DNA of 39,557 nt from Octopus bimaculoides (GCF_001194135.2 NC_068996.1:39918837-39958393), one strand, 5' to 3'; counted from the stretch's first letter, positions 21,012-31,864 are shown. The notes: generated from the letters alone by a model not told the origin. A program made the numbers and translations.

Positions 21012-21299
21012 TTTTCAATAGAAATATTGATAACAAAATGTTAAGCCCAGCATTTCTCAGAGGGAGAGGCCTATGAAAATTGAAAAAGGGTGAGCAGACA
21101 TATTGATACGTTTTCTATATTAAAATGGTTTCAAAATTAATTGAAACAAAGACAGTTAATTTCAACAGGAATATAGTAACAAGGATTTTCTACAAGAATT
21201 TTTGTTGGGGTTGGAATAAGAATAGGACATTGTGTTATCAGTAAACAGAAACATGGATGAAATAGGATAAAGCTCTTTCTCAAATCACAGAGACTTATA

Positions 21300-21492
21300 A
21301 GGCTGGTTTCCTGGATTCTGTGACACATATATTCCTCCCCTGATGGGACACCAATCCATCGCAATAATACTCATTTTCATTAGCTGAGTGAACATGAAAT
21401 GAAGTGTTTTGCTCAAGAACACAATCTCTGACCCAGTCCTGAAATTGAAATCACTATCTTATGATTATGAGCCCAACTTGCTAACTACTAAT
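21300..21492 (-). mobile_element. B-type SINE with a different tail, diverged
   Basis: Shares CATTTT..AGCTGAGTGAAC..TGAAATGAAGTGTTTTGCTCAAGAACACAA with 760-830. Confidence 0.75.
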
Positions 21493-21699
21493 TTACGTGC
21501 TTCCACACAAGAGCAGAAACATGACTGATGATGCACCAAGATCCAATATAGTTTCGTTATATTCTTTGGTAATTTCTTTAAAAGTTTAACGTAAGGGCCG
21601 CTAGTCCACTGACTACATAGAACAATACATGTAGCCTTATTTATCACTGATTCAATCATCACTGATCCGGGTTAACATGGCATGCTCAATTGTGAACCA

Positions 21700-21950
21700 T
21701 GTTATGCTTATCATGGATTGATCTGTGATAACATAGGTCAATGATCAGTCAAAGATTCTGCTTGTACCCCAAAAGTACACACCAGCGACTACCCATAATG
21801 CTCAGTCACGCAGAATTCACTGGCTATCACATGTGTTTAGATGACCATGCTGTGAGGCTGCATATTTTTTATACAGATTTATGTACTCATACTCATCAAC
21901 AAGGGACCAGCAAAACAGAAACAAATATGAAGGCACCTAACCCTAGCAAA
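21700..21950 (+). pseudogene. Possible old RTE-like LINE C-terminal fragment
   Basis: Frameshifted translation SRRIHWLSHVFR* / LHIFYTDLCTHTHQQGTSK resembles the RRLRWLGHVxRM...IFYxELxxGxRxxGRP pattern. Confidence 0.35.
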
Positions 21951-22288
21951 TGATGCCAACAAGTGTAGAGACAATAAAGAAAATACACAACTGTGGAAGC
22001 TTTGTTGCTGTGGGCTTTGAGTTTGGTGTCAATAAATATACCATTTATTCCATTTACAAAGTGTGTGGAGATGATTCATTTATCATTATGTTATGAAGGT
22101 GGTATATAAAAGTTCCTGGACGCGTTACATAACGCACCAACAAATGGCAGCACATGGTTGCATATGCAGTGAGACTTAGCAGTGACCTTCACGAGACAGT
22201 GTGCCAAGTAACATTGCTGTTTTTACTTTGCAAGTTGTGAAATTTGTGTTTTTGTGATCATGTGTAAGCTGTAGTCTGTGATTTTGTT

Positions 22289-22624
22289 ATGGACAAGAAG
22301 TTGGAACAAAGAGCCAAAGTGAAGTTTTGCGTTAAACTTGGGAAGTCTGCTACAGAGACATTGAGCATGCTTCAGTAAGCTTGCATTGATGAAACAATGG
22401 GTTGTATGTGATGTTTCGCGTTGCATGGGCACTTCAGGAGCAGAAGACTGTCCCTGAAAGTTGATGAGTGATTTGGAAGACCTGCCATGAGTGTCATCCC
22501 TGGAAATGTGGAGAAAATTCATCAGCTTATGCAAGAGGATTGTCAGAGGACAATCAACAGCATTGCTGATGTTGCTCTGTTGTATGGCTCCATGCAAGTA
22601 ATCCTAACATCTGAATTGAACATG
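22289..22624 (+). pseudogene. Mariner transposase N-terminal double-HTH region, three in-frame stops
   Basis: MDKKLEQRAKVKFCVKLGKSATETLSMLQ*ACIDETMGCM*CFALHGHFRSRRLSLKVDE*FGRPAMSVIPGNVEKIHQLMQEDCQRTINSIADVALLYGSMQVILTSELNM; stops at 22376, 22409, 22469. Confidence 0.9.
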
Positions 22625-23017
22625 TGGTATGCCCCAGTGGTTAGGGCAGCAGACTCGCGGTCATAGGATCGCGGTTTCGATTCCCAGACTGGGTGTTGTC
22701 AGTGTTTATTGAGTGAAAACACCTAAAGCTCCACGAGGCTCCAGCAGGGTATAGTGACAAACCCTGCTGTACTCTTTCACCACAACTTTCTCTCACTCTT
22801 ACTTCCTGTTTCTGTTGTGCCTGTAATTCAAAGGGGTCAGCCTTGTCATATTCTGTGTCATGCTGAATATCCCCGAGAACTACGTTAAGGGTACACGTGT
22901 CTGTGGAGTGCTCAGCCACTTGCACGTTAATTTCACGAGCAGGCTGTTCCGTTGATCGGATCAACTGGAACCCTTGACGCCGTAAATGACGGAGTGCCAA
23001 CAACAACAACAACAAAT
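22625..23017 (+). mobile_element. tRNA-derived SINE, local family F, (AAC)n tail
   Basis: CCCCAGTGGTTAGG A box, GGTTTCGATTCCC B box; tail segment shared with 24903-25020. Confidence 0.85.
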
Positions 23018-23359
23018 AAGTTATTATTATTAAACATAACTAGTCCAGAAACCTTTTGATACCACCTTGTACTTTGGATCCAAACCACCGTGATAAATGT
23101 GGATAGATGTAGAAGAAAAGACTGATACGAAACCATTGCACAAAATTAGCTTCTGGTTGATGAAAATATCCTACTGCTTGTTTGTTTTTTTTTTTACTTT
23201 TATACAACCACTACTATCACCATCATCAACATCACCACTACTACATGACTTCCACGATTATCCCTGGGGCCACACAAAAAAAACCATCATCAACAAAAGC
23301 ACCACCACCACCACCACCATCACCATCCTCCCATATTTGCTCTAATCATAACATAATTT

Positions 23360-23570
23360 AATCCTTTCTACTTTAGGTACAAAGCATGAAACTTTAGTGG
23401 AGGGCAGAGTTAGCCGATTACATCAACCCCCAAGTGCTTGACTGGTAATTATTTTATCGACCCTGAAAGGATGAAAGGCAAAGAAGAATTTCAACCCAGA
23501 ATGCAAAGATGGAAGAAATGCAGCTAAGCATTCTGTCAGGTGTTATAACAATTCTGTTGGTTCACTGCCG
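23360..23570 (-). mobile_element. SINE family C, diverged
   Basis: Reverse complement similarity to C. Confidence 0.8.
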
Positions 23571-23783
23571 TATGGTAACATAATATAATAAATAGAAACT
23601 ATAATAATCTCATAACTAATACTATCCATAGCCTCTGTCTTTCTTTTTATACTTTTGCTTGTTTGATGTGTTCTTTCTTATTGCTAATCTAATTTTTGTA
23701 TTTTTTGTTTTATTTTGACAGAGGACCGAGATATGTGGCAATAAGGCCTGCCCACCACAACAGAATTGATATCCTAAAACTAA

Positions 23784-24102
23784 GGCATCACATAAAAAGC
23801 ACTGGTGATGGTGCCACGTAAAAAGCATTGGCAATGGTGCCACGTAAAATGCATTGGTGATGGTGCCATGTAAAAAGCACTGGTTTTGGTGCCACATAAA
23901 AAGCACTGGTGCTGATGTCATGTAAAAAGCATCCAGTACACTCTGTAAAGTGGTTGGCATTAGGAAGGGCATTCAACTGTAGAAACCAAACCAAAACAGA
24001 CTATGGAACCTGGTGTGACCTCTGGCCTTGTCAGCTCCTCTCAACCCATTGAACCCATGCCAGCATGGAAAATGGATGTTAAACAATGATGATGATGATG
24101 AT
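23784..24102 (+). mobile_element. RTE-like 3' end (family E) with six 26-bp tandem units
   Basis: GGTGCCACGTAAAAAGCACTGGTGAT x6 (23784-23939), then E body and (GAT)n tail. Confidence 0.85.
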
Positions 24103-24630
24103 GTATATTTTCTTCATTTTTGTCCAATTATTTTTTATAATTTACTCGTATGTTTTTTCATCTTTTTTTGTCTTTGTCTTCTTAAATTTTGCTCTAATTC
24201 TTCTTTTTGTCTCTTCCTCTCTATACTCTTATCTTTTTCCATCCTTATTTCTTTTTTCTTACCTGTTTACCTATTGCCTCATACCTGTCTGTCTGTATCA
24301 CTATCTGAATCTCTAAATCTTTTTTGTTTTTCTTATTTTTTTATGTACTTTCTAAAATTTCTTTATTTTTGTTTTTCTCTTTATTTACTAGTCACTGTTT
24401 GTCAGTCTGTCTTCTGTCTATCTACCAGCCTGACTTTAACTTACCATCTTTCTTTTCATTCCTCTGCTCTTTCTTCAATCTTTCCACAAACATTTCCAGA
24501 ATTTGATATCCCTTACCTCCATCTTCACCACCACCATGCCATTCTACATACTCCATTCACACAATGCTAATCTACCTCATTAACTTCATGGTCTATGACT
24601 ATATTTTGTATACAATGCAGCATCTCATCA

Positions 24631-24905
24631 GTCTTTACGTTCTGAGTTCAACTCTCACCAAGGTTGACTTTACCTTTCATCCTTTTGGAGTCAATAAAAT
24701 AAGTATCTAAGGCAGCGAACTGGCAGAAACGTTAGCACGCCAGGTGAAATGCTTAGTGGTATTTTGTCTGTCTTTACGTTCTGGGTTCAAATTCCACCGA
24801 GGTCGACTTTGCCTTTCACCCTTTCGGGGTCAATATATTAAGTACCTGTTGCATTCTGGGGTCCATCTAATTGACTGGCTCCCTCCCCAAAAATGTTGGG
24901 CCTTG
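24631..24905 (+). mobile_element. Partial (24631-24706) plus full (24709-24905) SINE C in tandem
   Basis: Matches other copies. Confidence 0.9.
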
Positions 24906-25176
24906 CTCATGAAATTAACGTGCAAGTGACTGAGCACTCCACAGACACGTGTACCCCTATTGTAGTTCTCAGGGAGACTCAGTGTGACACATATCACTCA
25001 GCGTGACAAGGCCGGCCCTTTGAAATACAGGTACTACTCATTTTTGCCAGCTGAGTGGACTGGAGCAACATGAAATAAAGTGTCTTGCTCAAGGACACAA
25101 CACATCGCCGGGAATCGAACTTACGACCTTATGATCATGAGCCAAATGCCCTAACCACTAAGCCACGTGCCTTCAC
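24903..25176 (-). mobile_element. B-type SINE head and core with F-type tail
   Basis: Minus: GTGAAGGCACGTGGCTTAGTGGTTAGGG, AGTTCGATTCCCGG, CCTTGAGCAAGACACTT; tail GGGTACACGTGTCTGTGGAGTGCTCAG as at 22889-22915. Confidence 0.88.
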
Positions 25177-25333
25177 ATAACCACACACACATATATACAC
25201 AGACACACACACACACACACTTTCAATGTTTTGTCCTGTGCTATCCATAATGTTTTTCTTGATGTAAACCCTTTGTGAGCAATAAAGAAATCATCATCAT
25301 CATCATCATCATCATTATTATTATTATCATTAA

Positions 25334-25605
25334 TGGGTACATGGCCTAGTGGTTAGGATGTTGCACTCATGATCGCTAGATTATGATTTCAGTTCCTAGA
25401 CTGGGTGGTGCATTGCGTTCTTGAGCAAAACACTTCATCTCACGTCGCTCTGTTATCACAGTGCCCCTATTCAGACGACATCGATTTAATGGAGGGAGTG
25501 ATCTAACATACATCACATACATTTGATCACTGTAAACAAATCATTTGTGCAGGATGTTCAGCAAAAAAGCTGACCACTCATAATGTCATTTTGACGGGAG
25601 AGTCC
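25334..25605 (+). mobile_element. B-type SINE head with another tail type, diverged
   Basis: ACATGGCCTAGTGGTTAGG...TTCTTGAGCAAAACACTTCATCTCACGTCGCTC. Confidence 0.75.
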
Positions 25606-25809
25606 ATCATTATTATTAGAGAAACAAAGCTCAGGTTCGGTCTTATTCCTGGTAGGAATTATGTGGATAGCAGGTTACTACTTGTAACCTTAAATATCAA
25701 CAAGTTTTCAGTAACCTTTCAAGTGCTTAGAACCCTCCTGATAATCCTTGCTGTCCTTAAGAGGCAAACTTTCTGTAGGAGCTCTACTGGGCATTCTTCT
25801 TTTTCTTCT

Positions 25810-25847
<38 letters not shown>

Positions 25848-25994
25848 GCCTTTGCATAGCTTCTAATGCTGGAGATGTGGTACAGTGTCAGCTGTTCACT
25901 ACCAGTGAACTAAGGTAACACCTCTTATTTTTCAAGCACCTTCCGGAGTATCCAAATTATTATTATTATTATTATTATTTTTATTATCATTATT

Positions 25995-26285
25995 AATGTG
26001 CCAAGCTGGCAGAATTGTTGCTTCACCAGATAAAATGCTTTGTCATATTTCATGCATCTTTATGTTTTCTGAGTTCAAATTCTGCCGATGTCGATTTNNN
26101 NNNNNNNNNNNNNNNNNNNNNNNNNNNNNNNNNNNNNNNNNNNNNNNNNNNNNNNNNNNNNNNNNNNNNNNNNNNNNNNNNNNNNNNNNNNNNNNNNNNN
26201 NNNNNNNNNNNNNNNNNNNNNNNNNNNNNNNNNNNNNNNNNNNNNNNNNNNNNNNNNNNNNNNNNAATAGTAGAAAAGATTATTG
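25995..26285 (+). mobile_element. SINE family C spanning gap 26098-26265
   Basis: Head before the gap, tail AATAGTAGAAAAGATTATT after it. Confidence 0.8.
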
Positions 26286-26884
26286 GCCACAAGGACTCAA
26301 AATGCTTTATTTATCACCATAGTGGATGCAGTGGTGGTGGCGGCAGTGGTGGTGGTTTTGGTTGTAGTGGTGGTGGCAGTGTTTATCATCATCATCATCA
26401 TCATCGTCGTCATCACTTCTGCCATTGCCATCATCATTATGCACAAGATAAACAGAGTCTATAACACAGCTTGTCTTCTTCTAACCTACACATCCTCCTT
26501 ACTTCCATTCTTTCCAACCTTCTAACCTGCCTACCACAAACAAACCAACAGACTCAAAGACTTAAAACAGGATATCTCTGGAGCTGGTGCATTGCTAGAA
26601 AAACAAATCAACCCCGCCCCCCACCCCGCACAGGGAGGGAGGAGGCATGAAATGGGGGAAGCATGGGGAGGGGAGTTGGATTTTTTTTTTGTTTTTTTGT
26701 TTTGTTTGGGTTGTTTTGTTCAGTGTTTTACAACATAGAATCTTGATTACATTAAAACTATGAACCTGTCTTAGAGGTCAGATATTCAACACAGGTTTGG
26801 TTTGCAGTTACAGTAAGAAAATGATATTCTTATTTAAATGGGAGAGACTTACATTTACATATGGCTTTTTTGCCTTTTGTTTAT

Positions 26885-27298
26885 ATCTTTTGTTTTGTTT
26901 CAATTGTTAAACTACAGCCATGCTGGGGCACTTTGCCTTGAAGAATTTTTTTTGTTTAGCCGAATGAATTTACCCCAGTATATTTTTATTTGGGGTACTT
27001 ATGCTATTGGCTCCCTTTTGCCGAACCGTTAAGTGATGGGGACATAAGCAAACCAACACCAGTTGTCAAGTAGTTGTGAGAACAAACACAGATAACCCGC
27101 AAGACATACACACACACAAACACATGCACACACACACACAAACACATACTCACAGAGTTTGTGTCTACCAAATCCACTCACAAAGCTTTGGTTGGCCCAA
27201 GGTTATAGTAGAAAACACTTGGCCAAGATGCCATGCAGTGGGACTGAACCTGGAACCATGTGGTTGGGAAGCAAGCTTCTTACCACACAGCCATACCT
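26885..27298 (-). mobile_element. Composite D+A SINE
   Basis: Match to the reverse complement of 8382-8841 with internal (CA)n. Confidence 0.88.
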
Positions 27299-27654
27299 GC
27301 ACTCATCATATGATAACTATAATCTAAAGTACTGATTTTGAATAGAGGAAAATAAGTGAATCCTTTTTTGATTTTGACTTATAATATGGGTTGTGTTTAG
27401 GGGGAGGAAAACATCTCCTTTACTTGAGTATTATGCAGGAAATTTAAATACAAAGCATCAGGACCAAAACTGGTAGGGATAGCATTATATTTGGGTATAG
27501 AAAAATGAAAAAATATGAGGATAAAATATATGAGTGATATTTAGATGCAAATAGTTGGAGGGAGTGTTACATAATATTAAGATCGATTGGAATGGTGATG
27601 ACGTGTGCCTTTAATGCAATTCTTAAGCTGAATGGGCCTTTAAATTACACAAAT

Positions 27655-27686
<32 letters not shown>

Positions 27687-27750
27687 CAGGCAGACAATCA
27701 GACAGACAGAGACAGAGATAGATAGATAGGTAGATAGATAGGTAGATAGG

Positions 27751-27793
<43 letters not shown>

Positions 27794-27824
27794 GTAGGTA
27801 GATAGATAGATAGATAGATAGATA
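27655..27824. repeat. (GA)n/(GACA)n/(GATA)n microsatellite
   Basis: Direct. Confidence 0.95.
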
Positions 27825-28398
27825 CATTTCTTTTATTAGCCACACAGGGCTCAACGAAGATGGGACAAATACAATGTAGAGCTTTTCTTTTTGGGAGGGG
27901 GAAGGAAGNNNNNNNNNNNNNNNNNNNNNNNNNNNNNNNNNNNNNNNNNNNNNNNNNNNNNNNNNNNNNNNNNNNNNNNNNNNNNNNNNNNNNNNNNNNN
28001 NNNNNNNNNNNNNNNNNNNNNNNNNNNNNNNNNNNNNNNNNNNNNNNNNNNNNNNNNNNNNNNNNNNNNNNNNNNNNNNNNNNNNNNNNNNNNNNNNNNN
28101 NNNNNNNNNNNNNNNNNNNNNNNNNNNNNNNNNNNNNNNNNNNNNNNNNNNNNNNNNNNNNNNNNNNNNNNNNNNNNNNNNNNNNNNNNNNNNNNNNNNN
28201 NNNNNNNNNNNNNNNNNNNNNNNNNNNNNNNNNNNNNNNNNNNNNNNNNNNNNNNNNNNNNNNNNNNNNNNNNNNNNNNNNNNNNNNNNNTATTTTTTTT
28301 TTTCTTGTTCATAGGGTTATGCTCAAGATGGCTCCGTCGTTCACACGTGCCATCCTTGCTACATTCACCCATCTTTTTTTGAAGCATTCACTAGACAA
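27825..28398 (-). mobile_element. Probable 5'-truncated L1/Tx1-type LINE 3' end embedded in (GATA)n
   Basis: Minus frame [29 protein letters not shown] (stop 28309-28311) resembles Tx1 ORF2 ends (FxxRW...VxDGxL); AATAAA at 27832-27837 followed by (TCTA)n; middle in gap. Confidence 0.5.
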
Positions 28399-28428
28399 GA
28401 TAGATAGATAGATAGATAGATAGGTAGG

Positions 28429-28487
<59 letters not shown>

Positions 28488-28915
28488 GTAAATAGATAGA
28501 AAGACAGGAAGACAGACAGACTGACTGATAGAAGGACAGAAATAGATAAAGTGCGAGAGAGAGAGAGAGAAAGTGAGAGAGAGTGAAGGAGAGAGAAAGA
28601 GAGAGAAAGTGAGAGAGTGAGAGTAAGTGGGATATAGATAGACAGACAAACTGACAGAAAGAGATAAAGAGAGAGAGAGAGGGGGGGACAGACAAACAAT
28701 CAGACAGAGACAGATAGACAATCAGACAGAGACAGACCAACAGAGACAGTGGGAGACAGACAGACTGACTGACTGACAGAAGGACAGAGACAAATAAAGA
28801 GAGAGTGAGAGAGAGAGAAAGAGAGAGTGAGAGAGAGAGAAAGAGAGAGTGAGAGAGAAGAACCCAGAAAGTGAGACAGATAGACAGACAGAGACAGAAA
28901 GAAGACAGAAAAAGA
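28399..28915. repeat. (GATA)n/(GACA)n/(GA)n compound microsatellite
   Basis: Direct. Confidence 0.95.
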
Positions 28916-28916
28916 A

Positions 28917-29056
28917 CTGGACTGGTACTTTATTTATCAATTCCCTGAAAGGATGGAAGGCAAAATTGATACCAACATGATTTGAACTTAAAGTGCAGCA
29001 ATGTGGAATGAATAATATAAGTTAGTCTGATGCTCTAATGACTCTGCCAGTTCACT
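28917..29056 (-). mobile_element. SINE family C, strongly diverged
   Basis: CTGGTACTTTATTT...GAAAGGATGGAAGGCAAAATTGA...TTTGAACT...TCTGCCAGTTCAC. Confidence 0.7.
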
Positions 29057-29299
29057 TCCAAACAAGAGCAGTGCAATACCATTCAAAGAAAGGACTAGCT
29101 AATACAGCACAAGAATAAATTAAAAAAATAAATACTCTGCAGAGAAAAGAATCGGTAAAAATGTAAGGAAGCAGAACCCTCGACAGGAATTTATTTTACT
29201 TGCAGCCCTGTCCAGTTTCCTTCACTGAAATAAATCAAGCAAATTGAATGCTTGCTTGTGTGTTTGTGCAAATGTGCGTGTGTTTGTGCACATGTGTGT

Positions 29300-29700
29300 G
29301 TGTGTGTATCAAAAGTTGACCTTGAAAGATGACCATAGCTATTCGGAGTGAAACACAGCTATTCAGATAGATTATTTATGAAAAGTCTGTTTACACTTAA
29401 TAATAGATCAACTGCCACGAACTGAATGTGACAACCGGTTTGACCTTTTTTGAAAAGTCGAGATGTTTGTAAACATCTTGAGTCGTCCAAAATGCGAGGA
29501 TAGGAATTCAAGATTGCTTTTGGCAATAATGTTGTCTCCTTACAGGATTTACAAACAGTGTTCCAGTGTCCTCAGAATATCGGTTAATTTGCTGGTATTA
29601 AAAATATGGAAATGAGAGAAAACACGGAAAATGTTATTGTAAACTCGTCTTTGTCAGAAGAACTGCAGATTCAACAAAAGACAGTATCAAACTTGAAATG
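29300..29700 (+). pseudogene. Possible highly decayed mariner-like remnant
   Basis: GTGTATCAAAAGTT resembles the TIR at 22092; one frame gives EFKIAFGNNVVSL...LSEELQIQQKTVSNLK with stops; weak. Confidence 0.25.
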
Positions 29701-29726
29701 ATATGGAAGCCCCTACATGGACACCA

Positions 29727-29895
29727 GGCCTTCTAGAAATAACAGTCAAATTTCTCTTGAAATACACAATATTATAAAGAGAAAAGAGACATTGGATAAT
29801 GTTGTCATACTCCTTAAAGACAAAATGGTCATGGATGGAGTGTCTTTGATTATGGATTTGCTAAGTCCAATTTGACATGGGGTTAAGCAACAACA
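29727..29895. repeat. Unclassified interspersed repeat (family H), opposite orientation to 8163
   Basis: In-window reverse-complement match to 8163-8222; related pieces at 16237-16275 and 31684-31830. Confidence 0.55.
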
Positions 29896-30245
29896 AGATC
29901 CAATTTGTTAAAACAGAAAGGGTTTTCCTGTTTCAGGGAAGAGAATTGGGAAGGCCCAATAATCAGAAATAGCAATCATAGTTAAGCAAGTCAATGAGAG
30001 AGAGCCTTTTACATGGTTGAGTACTGTACTTGTGTGTGTGTGTGTGTTTGTGTGTGTCAAAAGAATATATATATATATCATATGCCCCTTTATAAATACA
30101 CTCATATACATACTCTCCTCCCCTCCATACTCCAATCTCCTTTTGTATTTTCACCTACTTACCTGTGCACTCACCTTATCCAATCCTCTGTTACATTTCA
30201 CTTATACCTCGTGCTATTGCTAGAAAGTCCTTGAACCTACTCTGG

Positions 30246-30249
<4 letters not shown>

Positions 30250-30302
<53 letters not shown>
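30250..30302. repeat. (TA)n microsatellite
   Basis: Direct. Confidence 0.95.
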
Positions 30303-30306
<4 letters not shown>

Positions 30307-30683
30307 AAATAATATGTGAGTATATGCATATATACGTACATGTATGTACATACCTACAACTACATGTATATATAGATGCATATCTGGGTACAGGACATTG
30401 CAAAAAAACATGGACAAAATGATAAACAGAGCACAGAAAACACATAGGCCACATAGAGAACATTTCCTTCATCAGCTGCCACCATTCTAAAACTTAGCGT
30501 TTCAAAGAATTAGGACAGGACGCATTTTCAGAATGGCTCTTCCCGCAGAGACAAATTAAATTTGTAATGCGGAGGAATCTAGTGGTGGACAGAAAACAAG
30601 ACAAGAGAATGAAACAGTGAAAATAAACAAGAAAGGCTATATATATATATATGTATATTAGAAAAAGCCCCTCAAGTAATTGC

Positions 30684-30830
30684 ATTTAGAAAGTTCCCTC
30701 CAAGGCACAAGTCTGGGCAAATTTGTTTTGTGGAAGACCAGCAGTCGCCCATGAATACCAGCCTCCTCTCTCCACGCCAACGATGTTATTCAAGGGAAAG
30801 GTGAAGACTGATACAGCTTGGCACCAATGA
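30684..30830 (-). mobile_element. B-family SINE tail fragment
   Basis: Matches 470-560 and 625-745. Confidence 0.85.
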
Positions 30831-30944
30831 ATCTAACGATTTTGTGTGTTTTTAAATGACTTATAAACACCTTCCATGCTGCAATTGTTTTTGTTCCAGC
30901 ACACGATCTCAGATCAGGTCACTTGCTATGCAAGTACATCTCCG

Positions 30945-30981
<37 letters not shown>

Positions 30982-31272
30982 TTAAATTTAGAATTAAGGA
31001 ATTAAGGTTTAGAAAGTAGGTGTTAAATGCAGTATCTAAACCTTCTTTCAGGGTAAGTCCCAGGTAGTGTAATTGCAGGGTATGTTCACCACATACGGCT
31101 ACCTGGCATCACCACCACCCGTGTGTTTGTTGTTGGATCTACGTCCAGAATTCTGAGGTGCATGTAGGGTATATTTTAAATGATGGATATGAAAGACAGA
31201 GTATAACAAGATGGTTACATCACATCTTCCATATTAATCATTTTACGTGTGTGTGTGTATGTGTGCATGTGT

Positions 31273-31428
31273 GGCAGGCTTTTTTCAGTTTCTATCTACC
31301 AAATTCACTCAAAGTTTTGGTTGGTCAGAGGTTATAGCAGAAGACACTTGCCCAAGTTTCCTCCATGTGGGACCGAATCTGGAACAATGAGTTTGGAGGA
31401 AGCAGACTTTTTTACCAAGTGCTATATC
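31273..31428 (-). mobile_element. SINE family A, diverged
   Basis: In-window similarity. Confidence 0.8.
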
Positions 31429-31864
31429 TACTCTGCAGATCACTGCATCTACACCTTTGCTTCTCCCACCACCCATCCACTACCACCATCACTACGACCA
31501 ATCACCCCCATCACCAGTATCACCACCACCGCCATCATCAGGAATGTAGTGGTGGTGGTCATGGTGGGTGGGATAGAGATTGGAAGATAGAATATTGGGA
31601 ATGATATACTTAAGCAGGACATCGTTAAAATTGTATTATTGTTACTGGTGGTGGTGGTGATGGTGATGGTGGCATTGTTGTTCTTGTTTTAGGAGCCTTA
31701 AATCAGCTCTCCCTTTCTTTCTCTCTTTCTCTCTCTGTCTCTCTGTGACAGAGCAAATGTTTTCCATCCATGACCATCCTGCTCTGTTCTTCTCTTCAGG
31801 ATCACATTGTAAACCTAAGACCATGTTATCCTACATGACTTCCTCGCTATTGTTGTTGTTGGAA

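Larger units (their letters stand above)
22092..23071 (+). mobile_element. Internally deleted mariner (Tc1/mariner) transposon with nested SINE
   Basis: TIRs TATGAAGGTGGTATATAAAAGTTCCTGGAC (22092-22121) and reverse complement TACAAGGTGGTATCAAAAGGTTTCTGGAC (23043-23071); TA ends; transposase N-terminus inside. Confidence 0.85.

Noticed and set aside
22625-22700. tRNA genes at SINE heads (also 830-903, 8382-8450, 25100-25176)
   Set aside because: A and B boxes are present but there is no complete cloverleaf, and each continues into repeat body; they are tRNA-derived SINE heads
23784-23939. CRISPR-like array of hairpin repeats
   Set aside because: Only about 6 variable nt between repeats, no unique spacers, no cas genes, eukaryotic context; it is part of retroelement family E
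26612-26680. Adjacent C-rich and G-rich runs (G-quadruplex/i-motif candidate)
   Set aside because: Irregular G-tracts and loops, with no supporting context
29546-29594. Small exon on either strand (plus acceptor CCTTACAG; minus 48-nt QINRYSEDTGTLFVNP with GTAAGG donor)
   Set aside because: The two signals are reverse complements of the same bases, the peptides are unrecognised, and there is no partner exon
30465-30510. Third hammerhead on the minus strand (GAAACGCTA ... CTGATGA)
   Set aside because: Half-cores are in the wrong order for type I, and helices I and II do not pair convincingly for type II; may be a decayed PLE piece but cannot be supported
31047-31086. Cluster of three splice-donor-like sites (CAGG|GTAAGT, CAG|GTAGTG, CAGG|GTATGT)
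   Set aside because: No credible acceptor or open exon upstream; expected by chance at this window size
31715-31840. Strong polypyrimidine acceptors at 31750 and 31799
   Set aside because: The tract is a (CT)n microsatellite, downstream frames stop quickly, and the sequence resembles repeat family H
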